Shown here one piece after another: positions 35,423 through 44,452 of a DNA stretch of 64,000 nt. This DNA comes from Candidatus Binatus sp. (GTDB taxonomy: Bacteria; Desulfobacterota; Binatia; Binatales; Binataceae), in assembly GCF_030646925.1 (NCBI RefSeq), contig NZ_JAUSKL010000004.1:11064-75063 (forward strand). The letters run 5' to 3'. Each line of letters starts with the position of its first letter. Within the stretch, counting starts at the first letter, position 1. Position numbers and translations under genes: made by a program. A model generated the notes under the pieces. That model was given only the letters and a program-made list of their open reading frames with translations. It ran no database searches and had not been told where the DNA came from.

Positions 35423-36406
35423 ATGCGGACGGCGAAGTTTATCAAGGGCATTTGTATGGTACTGGCGGCGAGCTTGATGCTCCTCGTTGGCGGCCCCATT
35501 TCCGCTTTTGCCGACGAATCGTTCACCAGCCCCACGCGGGGATTGCTCGATCCTCCGGCGCCCAGCCTGACCAGGCAATCGAGCGGATTCGAACTCGAAA
35601 CGCCGGCTGAGCAAGGTGCGGCGCCAATCAACCGATTCGTGTTGCGAGCGCCGAAGCCGGTGGCGCCGTTTCCGATCCAGATGAGCCGGTACGTGAAGCG
35701 ATACCTGAGCGATTACCTGACCGCGCCCGACGCGCTGCAGGACTCGTTCGATCGCAGCCAGCCGTACCTGCCGGAAATGGTGAGGGTGCTGCGTAGTTAC
35801 GGCTTGCCCGACGACCTGGTTTACCTGGCCTTTGCGGAAAGCGAGTTTTCCAAGAAGGGCAAGGGACCCTGGCAGTTTAACCTTGATACGGCGCGCCGAT
35901 TCGGCTTGCACGTGGATTCGTACGTCGATGAGCGGCGCGACCCGGTGCTTTCGACCAAGGCCGCGGCGGAGTACCTCGCGACGTTGCACGACGCCGCTGG
36001 CGACGACTGGCCGATGACGGTGGTGGGATGGAACAACGGGGACCAGTCGATCGATCGGTACTGGTCGTTGCGAGGCCCGAACTTCGAGAAATTCGGTAAT
36101 CGGCTGCCGCGGCGCACCAAGATGCTACTGGGCCGGTTCATGGCGGTTACCTATATAGCCCGGCACGCGGAAAGCTACGGTATCACGACCATCAAGCTCG
36201 ACGTGCCGCCGCCGTATCAGACGCTGCGAGTTCACGGCGGCACTGCGCTCAGCCGAATTGCGCTGGATCACGGCACCACGCTGAAGCGCATCCATGAGCT
36301 AAATCCGGCGTTGCTGCGGGACGTAGTTCCTGCCTACGGGCGCAGCTACAGCGTCCGGATTCCGATCGAGCAGCGCGCCAGTTCGGGACTCGCCACGCAC
36401 TTCTAG
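35423..36406 (+). CDS. MltD-like lytic murein transglycosylase (SLT + LysM-like C-terminus)
   Basis: Signal peptide; GLPDDLVYLAFAES, GPWQF..TARRFGL..VDERRDPVLSTKAAAEYL; LKRIHELNPALL. Confidence 0.85.
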   Translation: MRTAKFIKGICMVLAASLMLLVGGPISAFADESFTSPTRGLLDPPAPSLTRQSSGFELETPAEQGAAPINRFVLRAPKPVAPFPIQMSRYVKRYLSDYLTAPDALQDSFDRSQPYLPEMVRVLRSYGLPDDLVYLAFAESEFSKKGKGPWQFNLDTARRFGLHVDSYVDERRDPVLSTKAAAEYLATLHDAAGDDWPMTVVGWNNGDQSIDRYWSLRGPNFEKFGNRLPRRTKMLLGRFMAVTYIARHAESYGITTIKLDVPPPYQTLRVHGGTALSRIALDHGTTLKRIHELNPALLRDVVPAYGRSYSVRIPIEQRASSGLATHF

Positions 36407-36857
36407 ATTCCTCAATTAGATTCGGCAAATTTGGTTTGGTTTCACGAAGTACGACCGAAACATCGGCGGCTGAAAACGTCGCTTGAGCGGGAACGAATCG
36501 AAGATGAATGGATTTCGCGTCCAAAGCGCGAATAAATTGCGCTTGGCTGCTGAATGATGATCTGGCATCATCGAGTCGTCGCAAATTGTCTTTGAGCAAA
36601 TTCTACTAGATTCACATCGAAATGGGGCATTCAGAGGTTTCGTTCCTTCGCGAGTCTCAAAACCAAGCCCGAAAACGATGGTTGCACGCTGGCGCGATTA
36701 CTCCGGACGGCGGGGCGGAGCACGTTCCAAGGCAGCGCGCCCAGGGTTAGCAACGCAATTTATACATCGCTTCTAGTCTCCAGATGGACTGATGCTTCTT
36801 CGCAAGGTACGTCGATGGTCTTTCTCGTGAATGGACGCTGGAGGGGTGGGAGAACTG

Positions 36858-38321
36858 ATGGATATCGAGCGAGTAGTCGCGCATTCGAGGGGTGGTCTGG
36901 GGGCACGGCAGAAACGGAAGATCGCCACTAAAATTGCAACGGCAGTTGGCGCGGCGATCTTGTGGGCGGTCGCACTGGCAGGATGCAACAGCGGCGGAGG
37001 AGGCGCGGTGAGCCCGGCGGGCCAAGCCGGGGTCCGCGACGAATTCGAGCATCATCGCGGTCGATTGCATCACGCAAAGGGCGTATGTGCCGCTGCCCGG
37101 CCTGAACGACAATCTGCACGGACAAGTCGCAGTGCTCGATTTGAGCGTCGATCCCGACCAGGCCAACCCGCTGATTACGATCATCGATATCGGACAAATC
37201 GCGTTGCCGCGAGCGGCGGCGGTGCATCTTGAAAGCGGTACCGTGCTGGTGCTGGTGGACAACGTGCTCGATACGGGCGTGCTGCTGCTGATCAATGAGG
37301 CCGACAACTCGCTCAGCGCGATTGCTTTCCCGACCGGCAGCCGTCCCGGCGAAAACTCGGGCGTGGTGGTCGATCCGGAAAACCTGACCGCGCTGATCTC
37401 GATGACCGACTCGGTCGATGATTGCACGGCTGGACTCGGCGGATGCACCAGGCGGTGTTCAATCTCACCTCGCGCACATTTGGTCCGCTGATTTTGACGT
37501 TGTTCGACGTGGATAGTTTCGCGCTGAACTTTTCGGACAACGTGGCGCTCTTTTCGTCCGATCTGGTTACGCCGCAACTTTTGGCGGTGAACGTACCGAA
37601 GGCGGACGTCTGCTCGATTATCGACAAGAACGTGGAGAATCTCAACGCCGATCCGGACGGGATCGCGGTGGATCCGACCACCAATATCTGGGTCGCGGGG
37701 AACTTCGAATCGCCACTCGCTTCGGTGATCAATTTTAACGGTTCGACCTTTACTGGCAGCGGCACTCTGACCTGCACGCTGACGGAGGCCGGCACGCCGC
37801 CCAATTCGATTAATCACGACACGGGGACTGGCGCATCGGGGATGGCGGGGGTGGCGATCAATCCGCGGACGCATCAGGCGCTCGTGACGGCGGTGGACGG
37901 CAATCAGATCGCGCTGCTAAGCCTCCCGAAGAAGACACTGACGCAAATAACGGCCGCGGACGTCAGCAGCGTGAGCGCCACTATCCCGCCGGATCCGGAG
38001 GGCACAGACTTCAACGCGGCAGAATTTCCGTACGGTGTCGTAATCGATAGTTGTCAAAATCGGGGCTACGTACTGGACGACAGCCGGAGCTTTCTGGCGC
38101 AGGTGGATCTGAAGACTCTCCAGAAGCATCCCGAGGTGATCGGCACGGCGCTGCCTGCGGGCACCTGCGCCGGCGTATCCACCTCGTTCCAATGTGACAA
38201 CGGCAACGGAGTGCGATTCTATCCGCTACCCGGGGCGTCGAGCAGTTCATCGATTCCGCTGCCAGCACAGTTTTCCGATGAACCTTACAAGCGCCGGAAG
38301 AGCGCGAAGTATCGAAACTAA
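36858..38321 (+). pseudogene. Beta-propeller-like lipoprotein (about 487 aa if repaired) broken by two frameshifts
   Basis: Frame 0 gives the signal and lipobox ALAGC (Cys codon 36984). The coherent sequence continues in the +1 frame from about 37024 (KPGSATNSSIIAVDCITQRAYVPLP...LGGCT) and returns to frame 0 at about 37449 (QAVFNLTSRTFG...). Frame 0 has a stop at 37230-37232. Confidence 0.75.
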
Positions 38322-38351
38322 CAAGTCAAATTTGATCGTCCATCTTTTCGG

Positions 38352-41300
38352 ATGAGGGCAGCTTCGATGACCAAACCTAGTTTCACGAAAGGATCAGAAG
38401 TGCCGGGTATTTCCAGCGAAGGAAGGCAATTGCCGCGGCGCCTGTCGTTCAGAGCGTCGCTTGTCTGGCTTAGCCTGCTCGCGATGCTACTGGTCCCGCT
38501 GAACGTTATGAGTGGCAGCCGCCTTCCCGGCGAACGTCGCGCGCATCATGGCGCTCGCCATCACCACCGTGGTCGTGATGGAGTACCGACTGACCCTCCC
38601 CCGCGGACAGGTCGTTTAGCAGCGGCAGAATGCGAGGTGCCCTCCGGATTGGCAAAGCTGTCCAAGTGTATCGGCAGCGATACGGCCAAAACGGTGATAA
38701 TCGGGGGCGCAACTGGAACGGGAGACTGCGCCGGCAGCGGCGTCACTGCCTATGTAGATCAGGCGGCGATGACGATGGGGCGGATCACGATTAACGCTGG
38801 CAGCGCACTCAAGGTGTTCGATCGGACAGCGCAATTGCCTGTGAAAGTCCATACTACCGGTATGGATGTGTTCGGCACCTTTGAAGTTGGTAACCCGGTG
38901 TGCCCGATCGGCACCATCAATCCTGCGACGGTGGTGAAGTTTACCTTCAAAGGACCTAAAGATCCCACCTGCACCAACAACAGTTGTCCCGGCTATACCA
39001 AGGGAATCCAGGTCGAGAAGGGCGGTACGCTTCGGATGTTTGGGGCGAAAGGAGCGCCTGCCAAAGGTGTGAGTTGGACCAATCTCGCAGACGCGGCAGG
39101 TCCGATAACCTACGACGCGGCCCACAACGTCAAGCGCCCGGCGAAATCACCCACCCAGATCGTGGTGGCTGACGACGTAACAGTGAAACCGAACGCATGG
39201 CAGGCGAACGATGTGATAGCGGTCGCAGGCACTGGCTTCAGTCCGTTCGAGACCGAGTTCGTAACTATTCTGAGCTTCGGCGCACTGACGGCGGCAGGCC
39301 GGATCGTTAACCTTTCACCATTCACGCCGCTCAAGTTCTACCATTTCGGTTCGTTGCCGCCGACCAAGGGGACAGTCAGCACCTGCAAGGACAAGAATGG
39401 CGCGCTGGTTCCGGCTTCTTTTTGCGACAAGGAGGATAGGAACTTTGGCGTTGACGAGCGAGCCGAAGTGGCGCTTATCAGCCGCAACATCAAGCTAAAC
39501 TCGGACACGCCGGCCGCGGGAATTGACAATCATTGGGGCGGAGAAACGCGGTTCATCGCGGGCTTTGCGGAGGTATCGATCCAGGGAGTCGAAATCGAGA
39601 AGTTTGGCAAGGAAAAGCTTGGGAGCTATCCTTTGCATTTCCATATGGATGGCGACGTGGTGAAGAGCGGATCGAAGGTGCTGCTCAACGCGAATAGCAT
39701 CCATCATAGCTACAACAAGTGCATCACCGTACATTCGACCCAGAATCTGACTATCACGAATAACGTGTGCGCGCGGATCGTCGGGCACATCTTCTACGAG
39801 GAAATCGGCGACGAGGATAACATCACGTTCACCCACAATTTGGGCCTGGGCGCGATGAGCAATTCGTTCGACATCAACGACTCCTTCAACGCGACCGATA
39901 ACACCGGATACAAGAGGGACGGCCTGATCAAGGCTTACTGGTGGCCGGGCGACTACCTGGTCGATCCACTCAACCTGGCTACCAACAAACTGCCGTTCGA
40001 TGCGTTCAAGATTCGCGACACCGACGATCCGTCGAATGGGACGGCGGGCCAATGCTTCAAGTTTGGCGATCCGAACGGTGCCGATAACGGCTCCTTTCTT
40101 CCAGCTGACCCATCGACCCCTCCATGTAAATCGACAGACTACTACCTCGAGCCCCCATCAGGATTCTGGATTGTCAATCCGAGTGCCAAGCTGAGTGCCA
40201 ATTCGATAGGTGGGTGCCAGGGAGAAGGCAAGGGCTACTGGTACGTGCCACCTTCGAGAGGACCCTTGGGCAGCAAGAAATTCATCCCGGTCGGCACCTA
40301 CGCCGGCTTAGGCGATCCGCACGGAGAATTCACCGACAATCGCGTTCACGGCTGCGATTCCGGACTCTACAGCGGTGACCAGCAGGATATCACAGCGGAA
40401 GCGCTGCAGCCCTATCAGAACGGAGTAAAGTCGTCGACCAGCCATCCGGTGGTCGGAGAATTCACCGGAATCGTAGCGACGCGTAACCGCAATCGGGGGC
40501 TTTGGTTGCGACCTAATTTCTACACCGTAAGGGATGCCCGGCTCGCGACTAATCGGGATAGCGTGTCGCTGGTGACTTCCGGAGGCCCTGACGGCAACTA
40601 TCCCGGAATCTATTCGCTGTTTAAAGATGCGGTAGTAGTAGGAGTCAGCCAGAATAACGTCGATCGTTTTGGACCATGCCCGGGCATCAGGAATATTGCC
40701 AATTTTTCCCAGGCAGGCGGCGGTAGATTCGGTTGCATCGACAAGACAACCGCCAAGAAAGGCTCGACAGGCACCGGCGGCGACCTAATCGGCAACGGTT
40801 ACCCCGACAACCGATGGAACCTGGCCGGATACATGATCTATGACGGTCCGGCGCTGATATTCCATGACCGCTTCGTCAATTTCAAAGTCGATCCAACCAA
40901 TCTGCTGACGACCACCGACGCAGCTTTTCTCAGCACTCCGCCGCCGCCAACTCCTCCGCCTCCTAGCGGAGTGTACGAAGGTGATGCCGCGTTGGGATGG
41001 TTTCAGGGCAATCAAAGCTCCTATCCGACCGCGACCGCAAGTAAGGACCTGGTCTGGGACAAGACGGATTTTCGGCATCAGGTATATACTGATCAGGTCA
41101 AGATTTCCGGCTTCCTGGATGGCGACAAGAACACTGCAATTATCGATCTCGACGGGACGCTTAGCCGCTACAAGGTCAAGGCAATCAGCGATACGACCTT
41201 GGACGGGCACCTGCATCCAATTTCGCTCAACAACCTGGAGCTGAATGCCGCGGGCGGCGATCCCGGCGGTTCAGTTGATGAGTGCCAGGCAACTGGGAAA

Positions 41301-42455
41301 CAGGATGCGAAGCTCGAGGGACGCGCCAGCGCGAACCTGTCGCCAGGAGAAGTAGGAGCGCTCGAATTCGAGGCGCTATTTCCGAATCCGCCCGCACCGG
41401 ACGCGAAGGTTGATGACAAACGGCACGAGCAGAAAATTTCATTCACCAAGGACTCGACAGAATTCAGCGGAGCGCTCCTTCAACATCCAGTCATGGTTCT
41501 GGACGGCCGCGATGCGCAAGGGATTTGGGAGCCTAAGGTGCAGTCTGGTTATGGCTACACCGTAAGCGCGAGCGCGGGCCTCCCTGCGGTCGTGCATGTA
41601 GGCTTGGCGGACGTCGTGAAGCCTAACATCACGGAAGACACGCCTTTCTACGTGCGGGTGGGTATCTGCTATCAAGGCACTGGCACCAACGCACAGAATG
41701 GACATCCTAAGGAAGGCGCTTTAACCGTTACTCAAGGCTACAGATCTTGGGGCGGAGGTGGCGTCGATCCTGCCGATCAGCTAATCAGGACGGCCTACAA
41801 CCAGTTGGATGGCCAGGCCAATGGACTGACCAAGACCGAGTCTTGCTTCAATATTGACCATCAAAACTATGTCAAGAACCAGACCTGTCCATCGGTTGGA
41901 GTGTTTCCGTTGCTGAGTGATACCTGCCCGGCGGGTGCGGACAAGAAAGACACCACGCGCAAGCTGTGCATCTACTCGAAGAAGACCTTGGAAGAGGCCG
42001 ATTCGACCTGTACCAATCCCTCGTGTCTCGTTTCCGGAGGGAAGCCGGTGCTGGACAAGTATTTCTATGATCCGACTACGGGCTGGCTCTTCTTCAACGT
42101 CGCACAGACCAGGGCCAACGCGCTCGGACCTTCGCCGCTGGGTGCATGTACGGGAGCAACCACAGATCCGTACTTTTGTCCCTCGAAGACAGGAGGCGAG
42201 AGTTACTATGTGTGTCCGGCTGAGGGGTGCTTTAGCTACGCCGTCACTTTGAACGATCCAAGCTGGGCTCCGGCGGCGTCCAACTGTCCGGATCCTTACG
42301 TCGCATACGGCACTCCGGCGACACCAACGCTCGATGGCAAACTGGTATCGGTTATCGATAGCAGCACAGTGACTCGGGTTCAGGACGCGGGAAAGGACGG
42401 TAAGTTCCCGCACTACAATCCGGCCGCCGAGCCGAAGGACTGCGTAACGCCGTAG
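38352..42455 (+). CDS. Secreted G8-domain, CEMIP/TMEM2-like beta-helix protein (1367 aa)
   Basis: Hydrophobic signal/anchor; G8-like KGIQVEKGGTLRMFG, SWTNL; DERAEVALISRNIK; LGSYPLHFHMDGD; SIHHSYNKCITVHST; GHIFYEEIGDE; SGFWIVNP; GYMIYDGP, collinear with motifs recalled from CEMIP/TMEM2. Confidence 0.82.
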   Translation: MRAASMTKPSFTKGSEVPGISSEGRQLPRRLSFRASLVWLSLLAMLLVPLNVMSGSRLPGERRAHHGARHHHRGRDGVPTDPPPRTGRLAAAECEVPSGLAKLSKCIGSDTAKTVIIGGATGTGDCAGSGVTAYVDQAAMTMGRITINAGSALKVFDRTAQLPVKVHTTGMDVFGTFEVGNPVCPIGTINPATVVKFTFKGPKDPTCTNNSCPGYTKGIQVEKGGTLRMFGAKGAPAKGVSWTNLADAAGPITYDAAHNVKRPAKSPTQIVVADDVTVKPNAWQANDVIAVAGTGFSPFETEFVTILSFGALTAAGRIVNLSPFTPLKFYHFGSLPPTKGTVSTCKDKNGALVPASFCDKEDRNFGVDERAEVALISRNIKLNSDTPAAGIDNHWGGETRFIAGFAEVSIQGVEIEKFGKEKLGSYPLHFHMDGDVVKSGSKVLLNANSIHHSYNKCITVHSTQNLTITNNVCARIVGHIFYEEIGDEDNITFTHNLGLGAMSNSFDINDSFNATDNTGYKRDGLIKAYWWPGDYLVDPLNLATNKLPFDAFKIRDTDDPSNGTAGQCFKFGDPNGADNGSFLPADPSTPPCKSTDYYLEPPSGFWIVNPSAKLSANSIGGCQGEGKGYWYVPPSRGPLGSKKFIPVGTYAGLGDPHGEFTDNRVHGCDSGLYSGDQQDITAEALQPYQNGVKSSTSHPVVGEFTGIVATRNRNRGLWLRPNFYTVRDARLATNRDSVSLVTSGGPDGNYPGIYSLFKDAVVVGVSQNNVDRFGPCPGIRNIANFSQAGGGRFGCIDKTTAKKGSTGTGGDLIGNGYPDNRWNLAGYMIYDGPALIFHDRFVNFKVDPTNLLTTTDAAFLSTPPPPTPPPPSGVYEGDAALGWFQGNQSSYPTATASKDLVWDKTDFRHQVYTDQVKISGFLDGDKNTAIIDLDGTLSRYKVKAISDTTLDGHLHPISLNNLELNAAGGDPGGSVDECQATGKQDAKLEGRASANLSPGEVGALEFEALFPNPPAPDAKVDDKRHEQKISFTKDSTEFSGALLQHPVMVLDGRDAQGIWEPKVQSGYGYTVSASAGLPAVVHVGLADVVKPNITEDTPFYVRVGICYQGTGTNAQNGHPKEGALTVTQGYRSWGGGGVDPADQLIRTAYNQLDGQANGLTKTESCFNIDHQNYVKNQTCPSVGVFPLLSDTCPAGADKKDTTRKLCIYSKKTLEEADSTCTNPSCLVSGGKPVLDKYFYDPTTGWLFFNVAQTRANALGPSPLGACTGATTDPYFCPSKTGGESYYVCPAEGCFSYAVTLNDPSWAPAASNCPDPYVAYGTPATPTLDGKLVSVIDSSTVTRVQDAGKDGKFPHYNPAAEPKDCVTP

Positions 42456-42539
42456 TGACGAGATCTAGCAGGGTGTGGCATGAGGTCGAACGATTAACCC
42501 CGCAAACGGGCGTCGAGCGCACCCAGGATTGAAATTCGG

Positions 42540-44303
42540 ATGCAAGCGAAGTTTGGGAGAAATATCGAACGTTTGGCTGGAGCATCGAGTATGGTGACTC
42601 TTCGAGGTCTGACAACCTGGCGCAACGGGCGAAGTCGAGTGAGTTACTCGATTGTAAGTGTCGCGCTGCTGGCGATGGCATTCGGTTGGGCTATCCAGCT
42701 TGCAGGACCTAGTAGCGCCCGCGCTGACGAGCTAACTGAGGTAGCGAACCGATCGCTGAATGAACCAGGAATCTTCTCAACGGCAGAGCCGTCGGTTCAG
42801 GCAGAAGTTGCAGGCCAGCCGCAGAGACGTCTGAAGGGCGCGCCGCCTGATCCTTGTTTGAAGAACCTGCCGGTTCCGGTGCCGCAAGGCGGAGCGCATC
42901 GAGTGATCCAGTTGGTCAACTGTTCGAGCCAGACCATGCTGGGAGCTGCGAACGCCGCTGCGAGATTCGGAACACCACTCACTCCGGTATTGCCGCGCGA
43001 GAAGACCTGGGTGCTGAAACCTGCGGGATCGCCCAACAACGCAAACGTTCTGACCATCGACATACCGCCGCAATGGGAAAATACCAAACCCGAAGGCAGT
43101 GTAGGTCCACGGCTCTGGGCGAGAACTGGTTGTCGATATGATGTCGCGTCGGATCGGGCGCAGTGCGAGACAGGCGGCTGCGGCGGCAAGTACGATTGCA
43201 GCAAGGCCAAGCTGGGAGCATCAGTCGGGACAACAGTTTCGGAGTGGACCTTCTACGAGCCAGTTGAGAGCGGCGATCACAAGATCAAGTACTTCAAGGA
43301 TTCCCCGGATATCAGCGCGGTGGATGGAGTGAATCTGAACATGGACATCCAGCCGCTCGGCGGCAGCCCAAAAGATCCGTTTGACGCGCAAGGCGGTCAC
43401 GATATCGGATGGCTGGCGGAAAACTACCCGCTCAGCCAACACGGCAAGGATCTTCGGGCAGCGGGCAAATGCGACCCCGATTTTCGGCTCAAGCGATCGG
43501 ATCTCACGACCGGCTTGTATGCATTTGTGATCGTAGCGAACGACCGCAAACCGAAGGGAGGAGATGGGACGGTGGCCTGCTTCTCGAATTGCGCTAGATA
43601 CGCCTACCCGACACCGCCGGATAAGAGCTGCGACGCCAGCGATCGCGATTCGAAGTGCTATAAGTGGAAGGCTTTTTGTCTCGGCGATCCTACGCAATAC
43701 GGCCAGAAGTGCACTAAAGACAGTGACTGTCCGGTGGCGGGTTCGTGTTGGGATAATCCAGGCTCTAAACTCGACCATACCTGCCAGGGCCGGGCATTCA
43801 TCAAGAAGAACACCTGTCCCGAAAAAGTTTGTACCTTTCCTTACAACTATAGAGATCCGGTCAACGGTACAGTCTTCAAATCCACACAGCCTCCGTTCGG
43901 CAATTGCGACGATGTCAGCACGGACAAGCGCGACTGCATCGGCGACGACACCATTCACGAGGTATTGCCCAAGGCGTATTCGTGGCCCAACGATCCGCAG
44001 GTTTACGGTGGCGACGCGAAAGCCTACCGAGTCATCATCGCGCCAGGCGGCACCAACATCCCGATTACGCCCTTGGCACCCATTCCGGTATGCAGCACGC
44101 TGCCCGGGATATACGACTATTCCAAGTGGTATGGAGGGGCGGGGAAGTGCATAAACGGGAACACCGACTGCCATCCCTGCGACATCGAGCTAAACAAAAA
44201 CGGCGCGGTGTTCGGGGTAGCGCGTCCGAGACCTGATTCGTGGTCTTGCAACCTTCCTCCCGCGGCTTCCGGGAACGACGGGGTTATCTGCAAGTGGAAG
44301 TAG
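42540..44303 (+). CDS. Secreted thaumatin-like (PR-5 fold) protein with Cys-rich insertions (587 aa; start uncertain)
   Basis: Signal ending SARA; IQLVNCS, RLWARTGC..D...QCETGGCGG..DC, TVSEWTF, DSPDISAVDGVNLNM, AYSWPND; 26 Cys counted. Confidence 0.85.
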   Translation: MQAKFGRNIERLAGASSMVTLRGLTTWRNGRSRVSYSIVSVALLAMAFGWAIQLAGPSSARADELTEVANRSLNEPGIFSTAEPSVQAEVAGQPQRRLKGAPPDPCLKNLPVPVPQGGAHRVIQLVNCSSQTMLGAANAAARFGTPLTPVLPREKTWVLKPAGSPNNANVLTIDIPPQWENTKPEGSVGPRLWARTGCRYDVASDRAQCETGGCGGKYDCSKAKLGASVGTTVSEWTFYEPVESGDHKIKYFKDSPDISAVDGVNLNMDIQPLGGSPKDPFDAQGGHDIGWLAENYPLSQHGKDLRAAGKCDPDFRLKRSDLTTGLYAFVIVANDRKPKGGDGTVACFSNCARYAYPTPPDKSCDASDRDSKCYKWKAFCLGDPTQYGQKCTKDSDCPVAGSCWDNPGSKLDHTCQGRAFIKKNTCPEKVCTFPYNYRDPVNGTVFKSTQPPFGNCDDVSTDKRDCIGDDTIHEVLPKAYSWPNDPQVYGGDAKAYRVIIAPGGTNIPITPLAPIPVCSTLPGIYDYSKWYGGAGKCINGNTDCHPCDIELNKNGAVFGVARPRPDSWSCNLPPAASGNDGVICKWK

Positions 44304-44348
44304 CCGGACCGCAACCAGCTCGGCGAAGTAAGTAAGAACAGCTAGAAA

Positions 44349-44390
44349 GAGGTGTGCGGCAGGGATCGATTACTGCCGCACACTTCATTT
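44349..44390 (+). terminator. Intrinsic terminator closing the G8/thaumatin gene run
   Basis: 11-bp perfect stem GTGTGCGGCAG (44352-44362)/CTGCCGCACAC (44373-44383) followed by TTCATTT. Confidence 0.75.
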
Positions 44391-44452
44391 CGGGCAGATC
44401 AATTCCGGGATGTTTCAATCATTCGCGCCGCGCGGGTATCCTGAAGGACCAG

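Noticed and set aside
36249-36599. Minus-strand 116-aa ORF in the AT-richer spacer before the lipoprotein gene
   Set aside because: It overlaps the transglycosylase 3' end, has a TTG start and no recognisable domain, so the region is more likely regulatory DNA.
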